From the NCBI RefSeq assembly GCF_006345805.1, contig NW_021835212.1:1-54833 (forward strand): 54,833 bases of DNA, in the 5' to 3' direction. Positions within the stretch are counted from its first letter, which is position 1. Each line of letters opens with the position of its first letter. This DNA comes from Octopus sinensis (lineage: Eukaryota). Of the stretch, positions 1 through 12,509 are shown one piece after another. The notes beneath the pieces are model-generated. The model was not told the origin of the DNA, made no database searches, and worked only from the letters and a program-made list of their open reading frames with translations. The translations under genes were made by a program, and so were the position numbers.

Positions 1-404
1 CATAAAAGATTTTCGATGTTAATTGCTATTCTCACACAAAACCCATTCTTTGCTTTTCTTTTGCTCGTTTCTTCCTCATTTCATATCCATATTTTAAATA
101 TCCATACATTAAATATGTACAATACATAAAACAACCGGAGGAGGTCTGAAAAAAGATGCTTTTCTCGCTAGCGAGCACATGATAATAGCAACTAATTTTG
201 TAATTTGTATGAAGTAAATGGATTCTTTTCTGTCGCTAGCAACGACGAATATTCCAGTTGCTCGATCAGCCAAACTACAAATTCGAAGAAGAGAAAAGTC
301 AACTGCTTACTAAATCTTTCTTCGGTGTCTTCAAGTCTGATGGTAAAATATGGAGAAAGCTTTCCTCGGACTAGACTCTTAGTCCAGTTCTTGGCAACGG
401 AATA

Positions 405-835
405 GTCTGAGCACACAAAGGCTCAATGTGTCTAATAGTGGAGCAGTGCTCTCATATCTTGGACGGTGCCGCACAGACATCTCAGGTGACATCCAAAGAA
501 AGGGCACTCGGATGATTCGCACTCTGTCACTAACATACACGTTTTAGCCTCTGGTCCCCTGGCACGCTGTCTCCTCCGTCATTTCTATCCGCTACTATTA
601 TGACTTCTACTTCTCGGCACTGATTGGTTTCGAACCTCCATCACTCACAAGCCTACGTTCCACTTCTCTCTCTCTCTCCATCACTCGGCACAGTTGGTAC
701 GTTCAACCTCCTTTAGAGCGCATTCCTTTTCTCCGGAACATCAGTTACTGCTGGAACCTCCTTCCTGCTCACGTCTTTTGCAGGTGTTGACTTGCGACAT
801 TTTAAATGGAGCATAAATGGCACTTTTATTTCTAT
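405..835 (+). mobile_element. Degenerate 3' part of a non-LTR retrotransposon ORF2 (jockey/I/CR1-L2-group-like, post-RT region)
   Basis: Hand translation across frameshifts gives KAQ..VEQCSHI-DGA, DIQRKGTRMI, SFFSGT..WNLLPAHVF and FK, matching the MEYCSHIWDGA...IQRRA.R.I...SFF.RT...WN.LP..VF pattern of LINE C-termini. Confidence 0.65.
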
Positions 836-960
836 TGTTCTGGAGAGTGTGAGGTGGGGATCCGCAAATGTCATGAAATCTGCCACACCCTACAGACTCA
901 GCAAGTAAAAGAGTAAAAGAAAACAAGCGTTTGCTCGCATGTGTATATGTATGTAATAAG

Positions 961-1170
961 GACGCATAGCTTAGGGACTGAGTTGCTGCATTCACAATAG
1001 TGAGATCGCAGTTTCAATTCCGGGACCGAGTGGTACGTTGTGTTCTTGAGCAAGACACTTCATCTCGAGTTTCTCTGCAACCACTTTGACCCATAACGCA
1101 TGGCACACCGTGCACCTGTTCAGGTAATTTTGGTTTGATAGGGGAAATGAACTGCGAAAAGTTGCAGGAC
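961..1170 (+). mobile_element. tRNA-head SINE, family C (degenerate)
   Basis: GCATAGCTTAG A-box-like and GTTTCAATTCC B-box-like motifs, then CTTGAGCAAGACACTT. Similar to 50685-50875 and to the head at 4634-4690. Confidence 0.55.
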
Positions 1171-1196
1171 CATCTTTTTCAAACTACTAGACACTA

Positions 1197-1855
1197 TCAT
1201 TATGTATGTATGTATGTATGTATGTATGTATGTATGTATGTATGTATGTGTGTGTCTGTGTATTTATGTATATACGAGGGTGGGGGTTAAAGGTTCCTGG
1301 CTTTGGGTAAAAGAAAATACAGGTGCATAAGTTAATTACGATTTTATTCATCATATTCCCCTCTCAGATTCTCACACTTATTGCAGCGGTTCTTTAGGTT
1401 TCCTAAGCCTTATAAAAAAACTGGACAGGCTGGTCCTCCAACCAGGCCTTTCGCGACACCCTTAAAGCCAGGAACTTTTCAACACCCCCTCGTGTGTATG
1501 TATGTATGTATGTATGTATGTATGTATGTATGTATGTATGTATGTATGTATGTATGTATGTATGTATGTATGTATGTATGCATACATAAATATGTGCAGG
1601 GAGTGTGAAAAATGAATGTGCATCGAGAAGTTGACTGAAACTTCATACAAAGTTTGACAAAAACAATATTGTAACGCCTACTGCAAGAGGTGGCCATCTC
1701 TACAAAGCAGTGTAAGTCTGTAGCCGGAATATAATGCCACATCTGTGCTGCTCATGTTTAAGATATCAATCAAGTGATGGTATTACACGGAGTCGAGTTG
1801 CAGCCGTCATGTATACGTACATACATGTATGTATACATGCATATATTTTTTATGG

Positions 1856-1888
<33 letters not shown>

Positions 1889-2035
1889 TGTATGTATGTA
1901 TGTATGTATGCATGTATGTATGTATGTATGTATGTATGTATGTATGTATGTATGCATGTATGTATGTATGCATGCATGTATATACATACATATATGTACA
2001 TACTTACATATATATGTATATACATATGCATATAT
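1197..2035. repeat. Cluster of (TATG)n microsatellites (about 1200-1250, 1495-1585, 1810-2035)
   Basis: Directly visible tetranucleotide arrays. Confidence 0.95.
1275..1492 (-). mobile_element. 218-bp mariner-derived MITE (internal deletion derivative)
   Basis: Imperfect TIRs CGAGGGTGGGGGTTAAAGGTTCCTGGCTTT / AAAGCCAGGAACTTTTCAACACCCCCTCG, with TA on the left (TG on the right). Minus strand 1388-1344 encodes RCNKCENLRGEYDE*, the RW.KC...GxYxE* transposase C-terminus. Confidence 0.8.
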
Positions 2036-2051
2036 GGCTAGTGGACGTCAT

Positions 2052-2277
2052 ATAACGTAAATAACATGAAATACGAAAACATGGAATACAAACATTTATT
2101 TGCAAACACCGAAAGAAACAAATGGAAAACAAGACAAGCAACATAAAGCACGGCCCTTCATCAGTTGTCGGCTGTTTTTCTACTCCGTATCTCGAGCAAT
2201 TCACGATAAGATACGTCTTCGAAAAAACAGTTGCTCCCGTAAAGCCAATTAAATAAATTCGGGATTCTGTGGAGGGT
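2052..2277 (-). mobile_element. Possible Penelope-like element 3' end
   Basis: Minus-strand peptide FFEDVSYRELLEIRSRKTADN* ends in a stop overlapping CTGATGAAG, an arrangement typical of Penelope ends. Weak similarity only. Confidence 0.3.
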
Positions 2278-2289
2278 CATATTATATAT

Positions 2290-2360
<71 letters not shown>

Positions 2361-2393
2361 GTGTGTGTCTGTGTGTCTGTGCGCGCGTGCGCA

Positions 2394-2422
2394 CTAGCAA
2401 TGTACCCCGGCGTTGCCTGGGG
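2394..2422 (-). mobile_element. Helitron-type 3' terminus
   Basis: Minus strand: GC hairpin CCCCAGGCAACGCCGGGG, 7-nt spacer, then CTAG followed by target T. Confidence 0.45.
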
Positions 2423-2550
2423 TGTTATGACTTACAGCCACATTGTATCATTTGTTACTTTCTTATGGGCAGAATCGGCACACTAGGAGTATGAAGCAAA
2501 CAACCCTTCTTTATAAACATGTTTTTCATAATTTTCTGATGTTCAACGCT

Positions 2551-2701
2551 GCAGTTTCCGTCTACCAAATTCAGTGACAAGTCTGTGGTTGGCCTAGTGC
2601 TATAGTAGGGAACACTTGCCCAAGGCACCATGCAGGGTGGCAGAAGTGGAACCATGTGGTTGGGAAGCAAACGTCTCAGCCACAATGTCATTCGTGCACC
2701 T
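2551..2701 (-). mobile_element. SINE family A (CORE-like), 5' half, degenerate
   Basis: Reverse complement matches the 10417 copy: CCTTGGGCAAGTG..CTACTATAGC...GGTAGACGGAAACTG. Confidence 0.8.
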
Positions 2702-4710
2702 AATATGTGTGTGTGTGTGTTTACATTTGTTTTTAAATCGAATATTCTCTCCCACTATGTCTCAAAGCTAGCAGTTCATCAATCAGAGATCTATAAAATG
2801 AATGCCAGATTGAAATACGTACTGAGGTCAGTATGATCAATTAAATTTTTGAAGGTGATACCCCATCATGGCGACAGTTGAAAGACTAAACTTAGTAAGA
2901 TATTGTTTAAAGACTTAATGGCTTCAAATTTAAGGCAATTTAAGGTAATTAATAATCTCAAGATAAATTCAAAACTTCGTATTAAACTTCCATTCTATAC
3001 GATAACAGTATATGTACATCTTCATGTATATATTAGCAATTGTAATTTAAAGTTGAATGGTTGGCAGTAAGAAAGATGCCCAGATTTAAAAAAAAAATCA
3101 TTGTGCAAAATATTCCGAGAAAAGGTATTTTTCGCCACAACAAAACACACATGCACGCACACACGCACGCACACACACACACACACACACACACCACAGA
3201 CACACACACACACACACACACAACACACACGCACACACAGACACACACTCGCACAGAGCTATGTCTGTGGTAACCTGAACTACTAAAATAGCATCCAAAT
3301 CTCTCTTAAAACACACCCTTTCATCAAAAGACAGAATTACAATATTTCAAGAAGAAAGAAAAACTATGCGAAGGGTCTGCTACATTAGAGGCAACTCTGG
3401 GCTAAACAAAACTCAGACAAACATACTTCACATTTAAAGATTATCCACTAAATAATACTAATAAAATTGATGGTATATCTTCGAAGTTCCATTCCCTGCT
3501 TAAACTCCATGTATTTTAAACATTTTCTCATTGTGCTCAATCTAAGAGCATAATGTTCAGGCAGAGTTGCCTCCCTTAGCTACAGACCTCAAAATTGTGC
3601 GACCCGACCTCGTTTACAAGGTTATTTTTGTAGTAACAAACATACTTTATTTGGTAGCCGAAAGATTACTGAATCTTTTGATACCTCATACGTCAAAGTC
3701 AGCAACTCAGTCTTCGAATCCATAAGGAGCATACCGCGCGCACACACACATGCGCATACACTCACACACACACATGCAAACATTCACACATACACACAAA
3801 AACTATTTTATCCATTAAGATATATGCATGCATGCATGTATGCATGTATGTATGTATGCATGCATGTATGTATGCATGTATGTATGTATGTATGTATGTA
3901 TGTATGTATGTATGTTTGTATGGATACATGCATGCTTGTATGCATATTTCGTTCTTTTTTAGGTATTTGTTTCTTACAAGACATTGAACCAGTTTCCAAC
4001 TGCAGATTTGGAACTGAATTCTTGCCAAAAAGAAAACAGAACCAAAACAAGCAAATAAAAAAAAAAATAAAAAAAAAGAGCAAAAGACTCCAGCTTCAAC
4101 GATGGAACTTGGATAACAAAAATTATATGCTACTTGTTGCACTCTAGAAAATTTTTTGTGTATTTTATTGTTCAGTAAACACGATTTTTATTTCGCAAAG
4201 TGTGTGTTAGCTGATCACAATGTTTGCCTGAAAATTCTAGATTTTTTTCTTCAATTGTCACTTAAATATATTTTACTGTACCAAAACGCACCGATAATTA
4301 TTGGCAAAAATGGGAATGAAGGTAGAGAAACTACAGGTTTCGAAGCAGTTGTGTACAAATATTCTTCTCAATAGTTCTAGAAACGTTCATATTGGTGGAG
4401 TAGCAGGTCAATGCATGCATGTATGTATGTATGTATGTATGTATGTAGTATGTATGTATGTATGTATGTATGTATGTATGTATGTATGCGTGTATGCGTG
4501 TATATATGTATGTATGTATGTTGTATGTATATATATGTATGTATGTAAGTGTATGTATGTATGTATGTATACATATGTGTATATGTCTGCCTGTATACAG
4601 GTATGCATGCATGTGTGTATGTATGTATGTGAGGGCGCATAGCTTAGTGGTTAGAGCGTTGAACTCACAAAGATAAGGTGGTGAGTTCAGATATGAATGG
4701 ATGAATAAAT

Positions 4711-4798
4711 TTCTTCTTCTTCTTCTTCTTCTTCTTCTTCTTCTTCTTCTTCTTCTTCTTCTTCTTCTTCTTCTTCTTCTTCTTCTTCTTCTTCTTCC
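4711..4798. repeat. (TTC)n microsatellite
   Basis: Uninterrupted TTC run. Confidence 0.97.
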
Positions 4799-4886
4799 AC
4801 TTCACATTTCCCTCTTCCAAAAATCTCTCCCAAGTTAAATGGAAAAATTCTTCAGTGTTTATCACTGTCTGCTGATGGCGTTTTGC

Positions 4887-5570
4887 GTCTCTCTCTCTCT
4901 CTTTCTACCCTCCTCACTCTCTTTCTCCCCTCTCTCAACCCTCCTCACTCCCTTTCTCCCCTCTCTCTACCTTTTTCTCTCTCTTTCTCCCTCTCTCTAC
5001 CTTTCTCTCTATCTCTCTTTACCTTTCTCTCTCTCTACCGTTGTCTCTCTCTTTCTCCCATCTCTCTACCTTTCTCCCTCTCTCTCTTTACCTTTCTCCC
5101 TTTCTCTCTTTACCTTTCTCCCTCTCTCTCTTTCTCCCCCTCTCTTCCTTTCTCTCTCTCTTTCTCCCTCTCTCTACCTTTCTCCCTATCTCTCTTTACC
5201 TTTCTCTCTTCTCTACCGTTGTCTCTCTCTTTCTCCCACCTCTCTACCTTTCTCCCTCTCTCTCTTTACCTTTCTCTCTCTCTTTCTCCCCTCTCTTTTC
5301 CTTTCTCTCACACTCTCTTTTTCTTTCTCTTTCTCTACCTCTCTCTCCTCTCTCTACCTTTCTCTCTCTCTACCTTTCTCTCTCACTCTCTCTTTCTTTT
5401 ATCTGTCTATATATTTCTTTCTTTCTCTTTTTCTCCCCCTCTCAACATTTCTCTCTCTTTACCTCCCTCACTCTCTCTACCTTTATCTCTCTCTCTCTCT
5501 CTCTCTTTCTCACACTCTCTCTATCTTTCTCACCCTCTACCTTTCTCTCTCTCTTTCTTCCCCCCTCTCT
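4887..5570 (+). repeat. Complex polypyrimidine (CT-rich) tandem repeat
   Basis: Variants of TCTCTCTACCTTTCTCCC. The marker CTACCGTTGTC recurs at 5035 and 5213 (178-bp higher-order period). Confidence 0.9.
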
Positions 5571-5984
5571 CGCATGCACACACACAACACACACACACAC
5601 AACACACGCTCACAATCGCCCAATCCTCACAAATATATTTTTCAATAGTTTTAGCAATTTCCTTTAAGCATTCTCTTTCTATTCTCAATTTCTTTTCCAT
5701 TTTCTTGTTTCATCGTTTTGTCTTACATATTTTTTAAAAATAAAAATTTCATTTCATATTCTCATATATCTTCACAGAACTACTTAAAACAGCGAATAAA
5801 GATATTTTGAAATCCTTCAGAATAGAACATATCTATTTATATAGTATCTTTCTGTTATATCTGTTCACCAGAGAAGTTCTGAATAAATTTAAAATGTTTG
5901 GTATCTGGATTACGAATTGGGAATGTTGCGTGTTTCTGCATACGGTCATACAGTTTGCTAATTTCCAATCTTACGTGTTTGTAC

Positions 5985-6023
<39 letters not shown>

Positions 6024-6101
6024 GTATATATATATATATGTATATATATCGGTATATATATGTATCTGCGGAAGGCGTTTGCGTGATATATTTGCACAGA
6101 A

Positions 6102-6116
6102 TTATTATTATTATTA

Positions 6117-6184
<68 letters not shown>

Positions 6185-6410
6185 TTATTATTATTATTAT
6201 TATTATTATTATCATCATTATCATTATCATCATCACCATCATCATCATCATCGTCATCATCATCATCATCATCGTCGTCATCATCATTATCATTATCATC
6301 ATCACCATCCTCCTCCTCCTCCTCCTCCTCCTCATCATCATCATCATTATCGTCATTGTCATCTTCGTCATCCCCTCCTCCTCCTCCTCATCATCATCAT
6401 CCTCATCACA
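6102..6410. repeat. Compound trinucleotide repeat (ATT)n-(ATC)n-(CCT)n
   Basis: Directly visible. Confidence 0.95.
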
Positions 6411-6607
6411 GTCCTGTTGTATGATTATATACACACGGTTAGTACTGTATGATTTTTATACACGCTACATGCTACAGGATTTATTTCCAGGATTTATGAG
6501 ATCTTGGAAACAAGTTTTCATATTTTCCTACCTCTATGACTGTATGTGACGGTTTGTGACGGTCTGTATAAGTATATGTATATTGTACGTTGAATATATA
6601 TATATAT

Positions 6608-6644
<37 letters not shown>

Positions 6645-7207
6645 CATATGTATACGTGTATATATGTATATATATGCATATATGTATATATGTTTGTATG
6701 TATGTATATACATATGCATATACATACATATAAATGTATACACACACACGTATCTATATACAAACATACATACACACAATTGCATGCACGCACTCACACA
6801 AACACATACAATTGTAGGCATAAGATGATGGATTTAAGAGATTCTACTGCCATACATACATAAATACATACATACACACACTCATATATATATATATACA
6901 TATATACATATATATATATAAATATGAAAAGTAGTAGAAAAGGGGTGAAAATGCGCTAAATTTATATGTATGCATACGTATATAAATATATGTATAAAAA
7001 ATTTTATTTTTTAACATAGGAGATAAATATTTCTTCTATATATCTAAATATGTGTAAATAAAGATACAAAATTTTGTTTTCGCATAAAAAAGGTGTTTCA
7101 TTATAAAAGTTTTTGCTGTAGAAATATTGGTGTAAGTTTTGCTGCAAAAAAGAGAATCATGTTTTACTGTAAATTTTGCATGAAAAAAAGTTTTACTGAT
7201 TAAATAA

Positions 7208-7863
7208 TAATAGCGGAGTTACAGCGTCGAAAATTTTTTGACTGGAGGACAGTTTCGAAATCCTCTTTAATAGGTTCTTGAGCACGATGGATGGGTGGCT
7301 AGAAGCTGTGTTAATGTATGGCAGCCTTTCGTTTGGATTGGGGGTAGGGCCTATGTGAACAGGTATCCAGATTCAACATAACGTCTAAAACGTTGACAAT
7401 AGTAACGTTGGTTACAGTTGTGATCGTGAGTCAAAGGGTATTAAGGTTGCAAATCAGGTCCTGCCTAAGCCTATTTAGGATATGTCCGTTCTAGCATCTC
7501 TAGAAAAGGCTACAACGTCATCTCTGTATAAATTCCAAAAAGGACTGATAGGAAACTCTTCGTTAAGGTATTCAGTATCTACAATTCTATGAGGGTAGCG
7601 GACATCTACGCTGCCGAAGGCTCCTATCGCCAGACCGAAGGAGCCAACTTGGTTAGTTTGTTTGACCCAGGACGAACCTTTATTGAACAGCAGCGTTTTC
7701 CTAGCGTGCGTAATTAAGTCAATGTCCCTACGGCAAATGCCAGTAAGTTAGGAATTTTACTGACATCTTATTCAAGAACCTAATGAAGAGCGTCAGTAAG
7801 GAGATTGGAACTTGTCCTCCAGTCAAGAAATTTTCGACGCCACGGTTCCCTATTACAACGAGA
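7208..7863 (-). mobile_element. Penelope-like element RT fragment with an inverted duplicated segment
   Basis: Minus strand: THARKTLLFNKGSSWVKQ, LYRDDV (YxDD catalytic motif), VNVLDVMLNL, YINTASSHP..LKNL..RISKLSSSQKIFDA. Plus strand 7773-7863 repeats [25 protein letters not shown] in the opposite orientation. Confidence 0.8.
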
Positions 7864-7958
7864 CTATAGTAGAAGATGCTTACCCAAGATGTCACGCAGC
7901 GGGACTGAATCCTGAACCTGTTGGTTTGGAAACAAACTTGTTACAATACACCACCACA
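7864..7958 (-). mobile_element. SINE family A head fragment
   Basis: CTATAGTAGAAGATGCTTACCCAAGATGTCACGCAGCGGGACTGAATCC matches the reverse complement of family A. Confidence 0.75.
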
Positions 7959-8047
7959 TATTTACGTACATACATATACATATATATATATGACACAAAC
8001 ACTGTTTATATATGTATAATATATGTATATATATATGTATATATATG

Positions 8048-8081
<34 letters not shown>

Positions 8082-8562
8082 ACCTATATATGTTTGTTTA
8101 TGGGTATATATATGTGTGTATATATATATATTTATTATTATATATATATATATATATATACATACACACATATATATACACATAAACAACATATATAGGT
8201 ATACATACTTACATAAATATATATATAGATACATAAAGCGAGAGAGAGAGTTGGAATTTTAAAGATGTTGTTCATAAATATATAACGGAAAATTAAGTCC
8301 ACATTTTTCTTTCATTTTCCGTTGTAGAAAAGAAAATATTAAAAAATGAAAAAAACAAAAAACAAGTAAAACGTAAAAAGAAAACCAGAGGAAAGAAAAA
8401 AACAAGTCAATCTGGATGGATCCTACTGTGAAATTATGCAATTGTAAAATTCCTCAGCATATATTGTCGCATATTGAGCAGAAATATGTCTGTAATAAGC
8501 AGAGAAATTCTAACATGAAAATGTTTAAAATAATTTTGGGTTATATATTTTTATGGCAAATA

Positions 8563-8631
<69 letters not shown>

Positions 8632-8849
8632 AAAGCGTTGTTTAAATTCAAAGGCTTTTAGAAATAGTCTAAGAAGTAATATTTGGAATGTAAAAGTGAA
8701 ATATCTTGAAAAATAAATTTACAGCAATCTATATTTTATTGTAATAACAGAGGTATCGTTAACTTAAGAATGTTGACATGTAAGCGGGGTAGCAACATGG
8801 AGTAACTTTGTGCTGATGCGTGCATAAGAAGGCAAATATGTTTGTAAGA

Positions 8850-9455
8850 ATATTGTTTCAAATTTTGGAACTAGGCCAGTAAGTTCGACAGGAGGGGCAA
8901 AGTCGATTACATCGACTTCTGTGCTCATCTGGTGCTTATTTGATCGAAATCCGTAAAAATGAAAGGCAAAGGAATTTGAACTCAGATCGTAAAGATCGCG
9001 AAGAGTTTTTCCCGGTGTGCGCTAACGTTTCTACCAATTCGCCTTCTTAAAGGTCTCTAAGAATACTGACTTCAAATTCTGGCCCAACGCCAGCAATTTT
9101 AGGGGAGGGGATAAGTTGATTTCATCGACTCCAGTACTCAGCTAGTACTTATTTTATCGAACCCGAAAAAAAATATGTAAGGTAAAGCTTACGTCTGCGG
9201 AATTTGAACTCGCAACGTATATTTCTTTATTGCCCACAAGGGGCTAAACATAGAGGGGACAAACAAGGACAGACAAAGGGACTGAGTCGATTATATCGAC
9301 TCCAGTGCTTAACTGGTACTTTATTTATCGACCCCGAAAGGATGAAAGGCAAAGTCGACCTTGACGGAATTTGAACTCACAATGTAAAGACAGACGAAAT
9401 GCTGCTAAGCATCTTTGCCAGAGGTGATAATGATTCTGCCAGATCACCGTCTCAA
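8850..9455 (-). mobile_element. Three adjacent SINE family B copies (about 8850-9050, 9068-9220, 9222-9455)
   Basis: Each carries the reverse complement of GAGTTCAAATTCC...GTCGACTTTGCCTTTCATCC...ATAAGTACCAG. The third has the TGTCCCCTCT...AATAAAGAAAT tail. Confidence 0.85.
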
Positions 9456-10033
9456 ATGTCTGAAAGAATATTCTTCAGAAATTAAGGAAGTGATTCGTAA
9501 GTGAGGTACACACAAACGGACATACATCCACCCGTACATTCTCATACACATATTTATATAACCCTCCTAGGAAATAACGCACAGCAGCTTAATAAAACTG
9601 TTTAAGGAATACCAGTTGCGTTAGTGTTTAAATTAAAGGTTAAAAACAATGTTTATGTTTGAAGTCTACAATGACTTAATTGTAATTTAATAAGGATAGA
9701 TTAAAGAAAAAACAACAACAATCAAAACATTTTATTAAATATAGCGAAGTTATAATTATATTTACTGTAGAAATGTAATTATAATGATTAAAGCAAGAAC
9801 TAAAAATATAATCTGACCTTTTAATTATTCTTGAAAAATGAATTTCAAAATAGAATAAATATGTAATACTATATAACATTATTATTTAAAGCGGAGTCTA
9901 TGTGAGTCACTCTTCGGAGTTTCTCGCTCCCGATTTCCAATAATAGTGTTTTATTCTTGTGAAATCCAGACTTTTCCCATAAGGCCATACTTTAACCCTT
10001 TAACTACGAAATTTAATCTCATAGTTATTCCAG

Positions 10034-10074
10034 GGATGATGTTAAATATTTACCGAAAAGAACTGGTATTTGAT
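10034..10074 (+). CDS. Candidate internal exon (xMMLNIYRKELVFD) of an unidentified spliced gene
   Basis: TTATTCCAG acceptor and GTAAGT donor. Open in phase 1 to 0 and frame-compatible with 13044-13088. No transcript evidence. Confidence 0.3.
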
Positions 10075-10179
10075 GTAAGTTACGTTGCCTCATTTAACTT
10101 GATATATCTCAACGAAAAAAAAAAGTTTCAAACATGACATTTCGCCAAAACATACTCTTCGGGATATTTGAACTGCTTT

Positions 10180-10394
10180 AAGGCCTCGAGCTGGCAGAAT
10201 CGTTTGCACACCAGGAAAAAAATGCTTAGCGGCATTTCGTCCCTCTTTACGTTCTGAGTTCAAATTCCACAGTGGTCGACTTTACCTTTCATCCTTTCGC
10301 GTCGATAAAATAAGTACCAGTTGAGCACTGGAGTCGATATAATCGACCTAAAAACTCCTTCAAAATTGCTGGCCTTGTGCCAACATTTGAAACC
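10180..10394 (+). mobile_element. SINE family B (tRNA head plus GTCGACTTT.CCTTTCATCC central domain)
   Basis: AAGGC..CGAGCTGGCAGAA head and GAGTTCAAATTCC B box. Imperfect TSD GATATTTGAACTGCTTT / GATATATTAAACTGCTTT. Confidence 0.88.
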
Positions 10395-10416
10395 GATATA
10401 TTAAACTGCTTTCCAC

Positions 10417-10811
10417 AGGCGCAGGAGTGGCTGTGTGGTAAGTAGCTTGTTTACCAACCACATGGTTCCGGGTTCAGTCCCACTTCGTGGCACCTTGGGC
10501 AAGTGTCTTCTACTATAGCCCCGGGCCGACCAAAGCCTTGTGAGTGGATTTGGTAGACGGAAACTGAAAAGAAGCCCGTCGTATATATGTATATATATGC
10601 GTGTGTGTGTTTGTCCCCCTAGCATTGCTTGACAACCAATGCTGGTGTGTTTATGTCCCCGTTACTTAGCGGTTCGGCAAAAGAGATCGATAGAATAAGT
10701 ACTGGGCTTATAAAAAAAGAATAAGTCCCGGGGTCGAGTTGCTCGATTAAAGGCGGTGCTCCAGCATGGCCGCAGTCAAATGACTGAAACAAGTAAAAGA
10801 GAGTAAAGAGA
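10417..10811 (+). mobile_element. SINE family A, full length (CORE-like; probably an Octopus OR-type SINE)
   Basis: AGGCGCAGGAGTGGCTGTGTGGTAAG head, GGTTCAGTCCC B box, CCTTGGGCAAGTG CORE-like motif, internal (TA)/(TG) repeat and (GTAAAAGA)n tail. Near-identical to the 24159, 50881 and 51468 copies. Confidence 0.92.
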
Positions 10812-11589
10812 GTTATAGATAATGATTTCCGCAGTAAAATGGTTAATGGAGGAGAGGGTTAAGGACTCAATGGCTACATTTTTATTATGCTTGGTTAAGG
10901 CATTATAATGTCCAGTATGAAATAGAAGAGAGAAACATGCGAATCAGTGAGCAACAAACCAGGGATCCACCGTGCTCCCAAGTACACTAAAAAGCGCCTG
11001 CAATCTCGTCATGTTATCTGTATCTATAAAAGGCCTGATGTGTGTGTGTGTGTGTGTGTACGTGATTGTAATTTATGCACGTCCACAAATTAGCACGCAT
11101 GTCTCTCCAATTTTAGGAGGACATTCGTCAACATCCTATCTGGTTTTTGTCAACTTATGTATTTCCCGAGGCACCCGAGGATAGCGGTAAAAATCTATTT
11201 TCAGCCATAGCTTTTAGCGGTAAAAATCTATTTTCAGCATATATTTTGAAAGCTGTTATCATGAGTTAAGTCCCTTCTAGCCATAGCCAAGCGAAAGTGT
11301 GTGTGTGTGGGAGAGAGAGAGTGTTTCGCAACGTCTAACAAAAATAGTGTGTAAGGAAGAGTGGGAGATAGTTGGACAAGCGTCTACCAAAAAAAAACAA
11401 GATAAAGAAAAGTGGAAGATAGGCAGAGAGTTTGACAGCGTCTAAACAAAAAAGGGGAAGACAAAGTGCGTGAGAGAGAGAAAGTAAGTGACGACGTTCA
11501 TAAAAAATATGTAAAATGTTTTGTTTTTTCTTAAACACGAGATATAGTGTTCAATATTACACTTAGTGGAACAAAATACATGTAAATAT

Positions 11590-11690
11590 GTTTTAATATA
11601 TATATTATATATATATATATATACACGTATATGTATTATGTATACATACATATATATATATATATAATATTATATATATATATATTATAC

Positions 11691-11743
<53 letters not shown>

Positions 11744-11825
11744 ATATACATATATATATTATATATATAAATATGTATATATATATATAATACATATAAT
11801 ATATCCATATATACATACATATTAT

Positions 11826-11857
<32 letters not shown>

Positions 11858-11889
11858 GCCACATATATATATATATATATATATACATA
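11590..11889. repeat. (TA)n/(TACA)n microsatellite block
   Basis: Directly visible. Confidence 0.95.
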
Positions 11890-12350
11890 CTAGCTGACAT
11901 ACCCGCTATGTCCCGAGAAGGCGGGGCTTATCCCTTGGTATCGTTCTCATAATTGTTTTGCTAATCCATCCAATAACAACAATACCAAGTATGTAGCCCT
12001 TAAAACGGTGTTTGTGAATTTACAGAGAATACGGAACTGTCTTACGCAGGATTTTGTTTTTAGAAAAAATGTGAAGTCAGTTATGTAATAAAATGAAATT
12101 AGTTACCCAATAGTAAGAATTCAAATAAAGTAACCCCGAAAAGGGCTTTAATATGTTCCTCATGTCTGGAAACCTTGTAATATACTTAAATTGTTGAAAA
12201 AATTCTATACTAGGGCCCCTGAAAGAGATCCTTATATCTACTACATAAAACAAATATATTTTATTAAACATCCAAGGGAAAAAAAACCCATTCGCTCCTG
12301 GAAGGGATCTGTAATATAGCCAAGGGAAATAACCCATTCATCTTCGTAAA
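11890..12350 (-). mobile_element. Probable non-autonomous Helitron (3' end defined, 5' end uncertain)
   Basis: Minus strand: CCCGC-14 nt-GCGGG stem, short spacer, CTAG, then T at 11889 within an AT microsatellite. The right boundary is a guess. Confidence 0.4.
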
Positions 12351-12509
12351 TTATTTGGTATAAACCAGTTTGAGTATGCTTATTTCTTAGTATTTGAACT
12401 GGTAGACATATTTTCGCAATTTATCCAGTACAACGCTTAAACAAGTAAATAGTATTTTTCTAAACAGTAGATCCACGTATTTCGGTTAGTGACGTATTCA
12501 CAAATATAC

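Noticed and set aside
192-416. Short overlapping ORFs with protein-like composition
   Set aside because: No recognisable motif or splice signals; cannot be supported as coding.
9995-10862. TTAACCCTTT at about 9995 and GAGGGTTAA at about 10855 as piggyBac ends
   Set aside because: The match does not extend beyond the first few bases, and the interval is filled by two SINEs.
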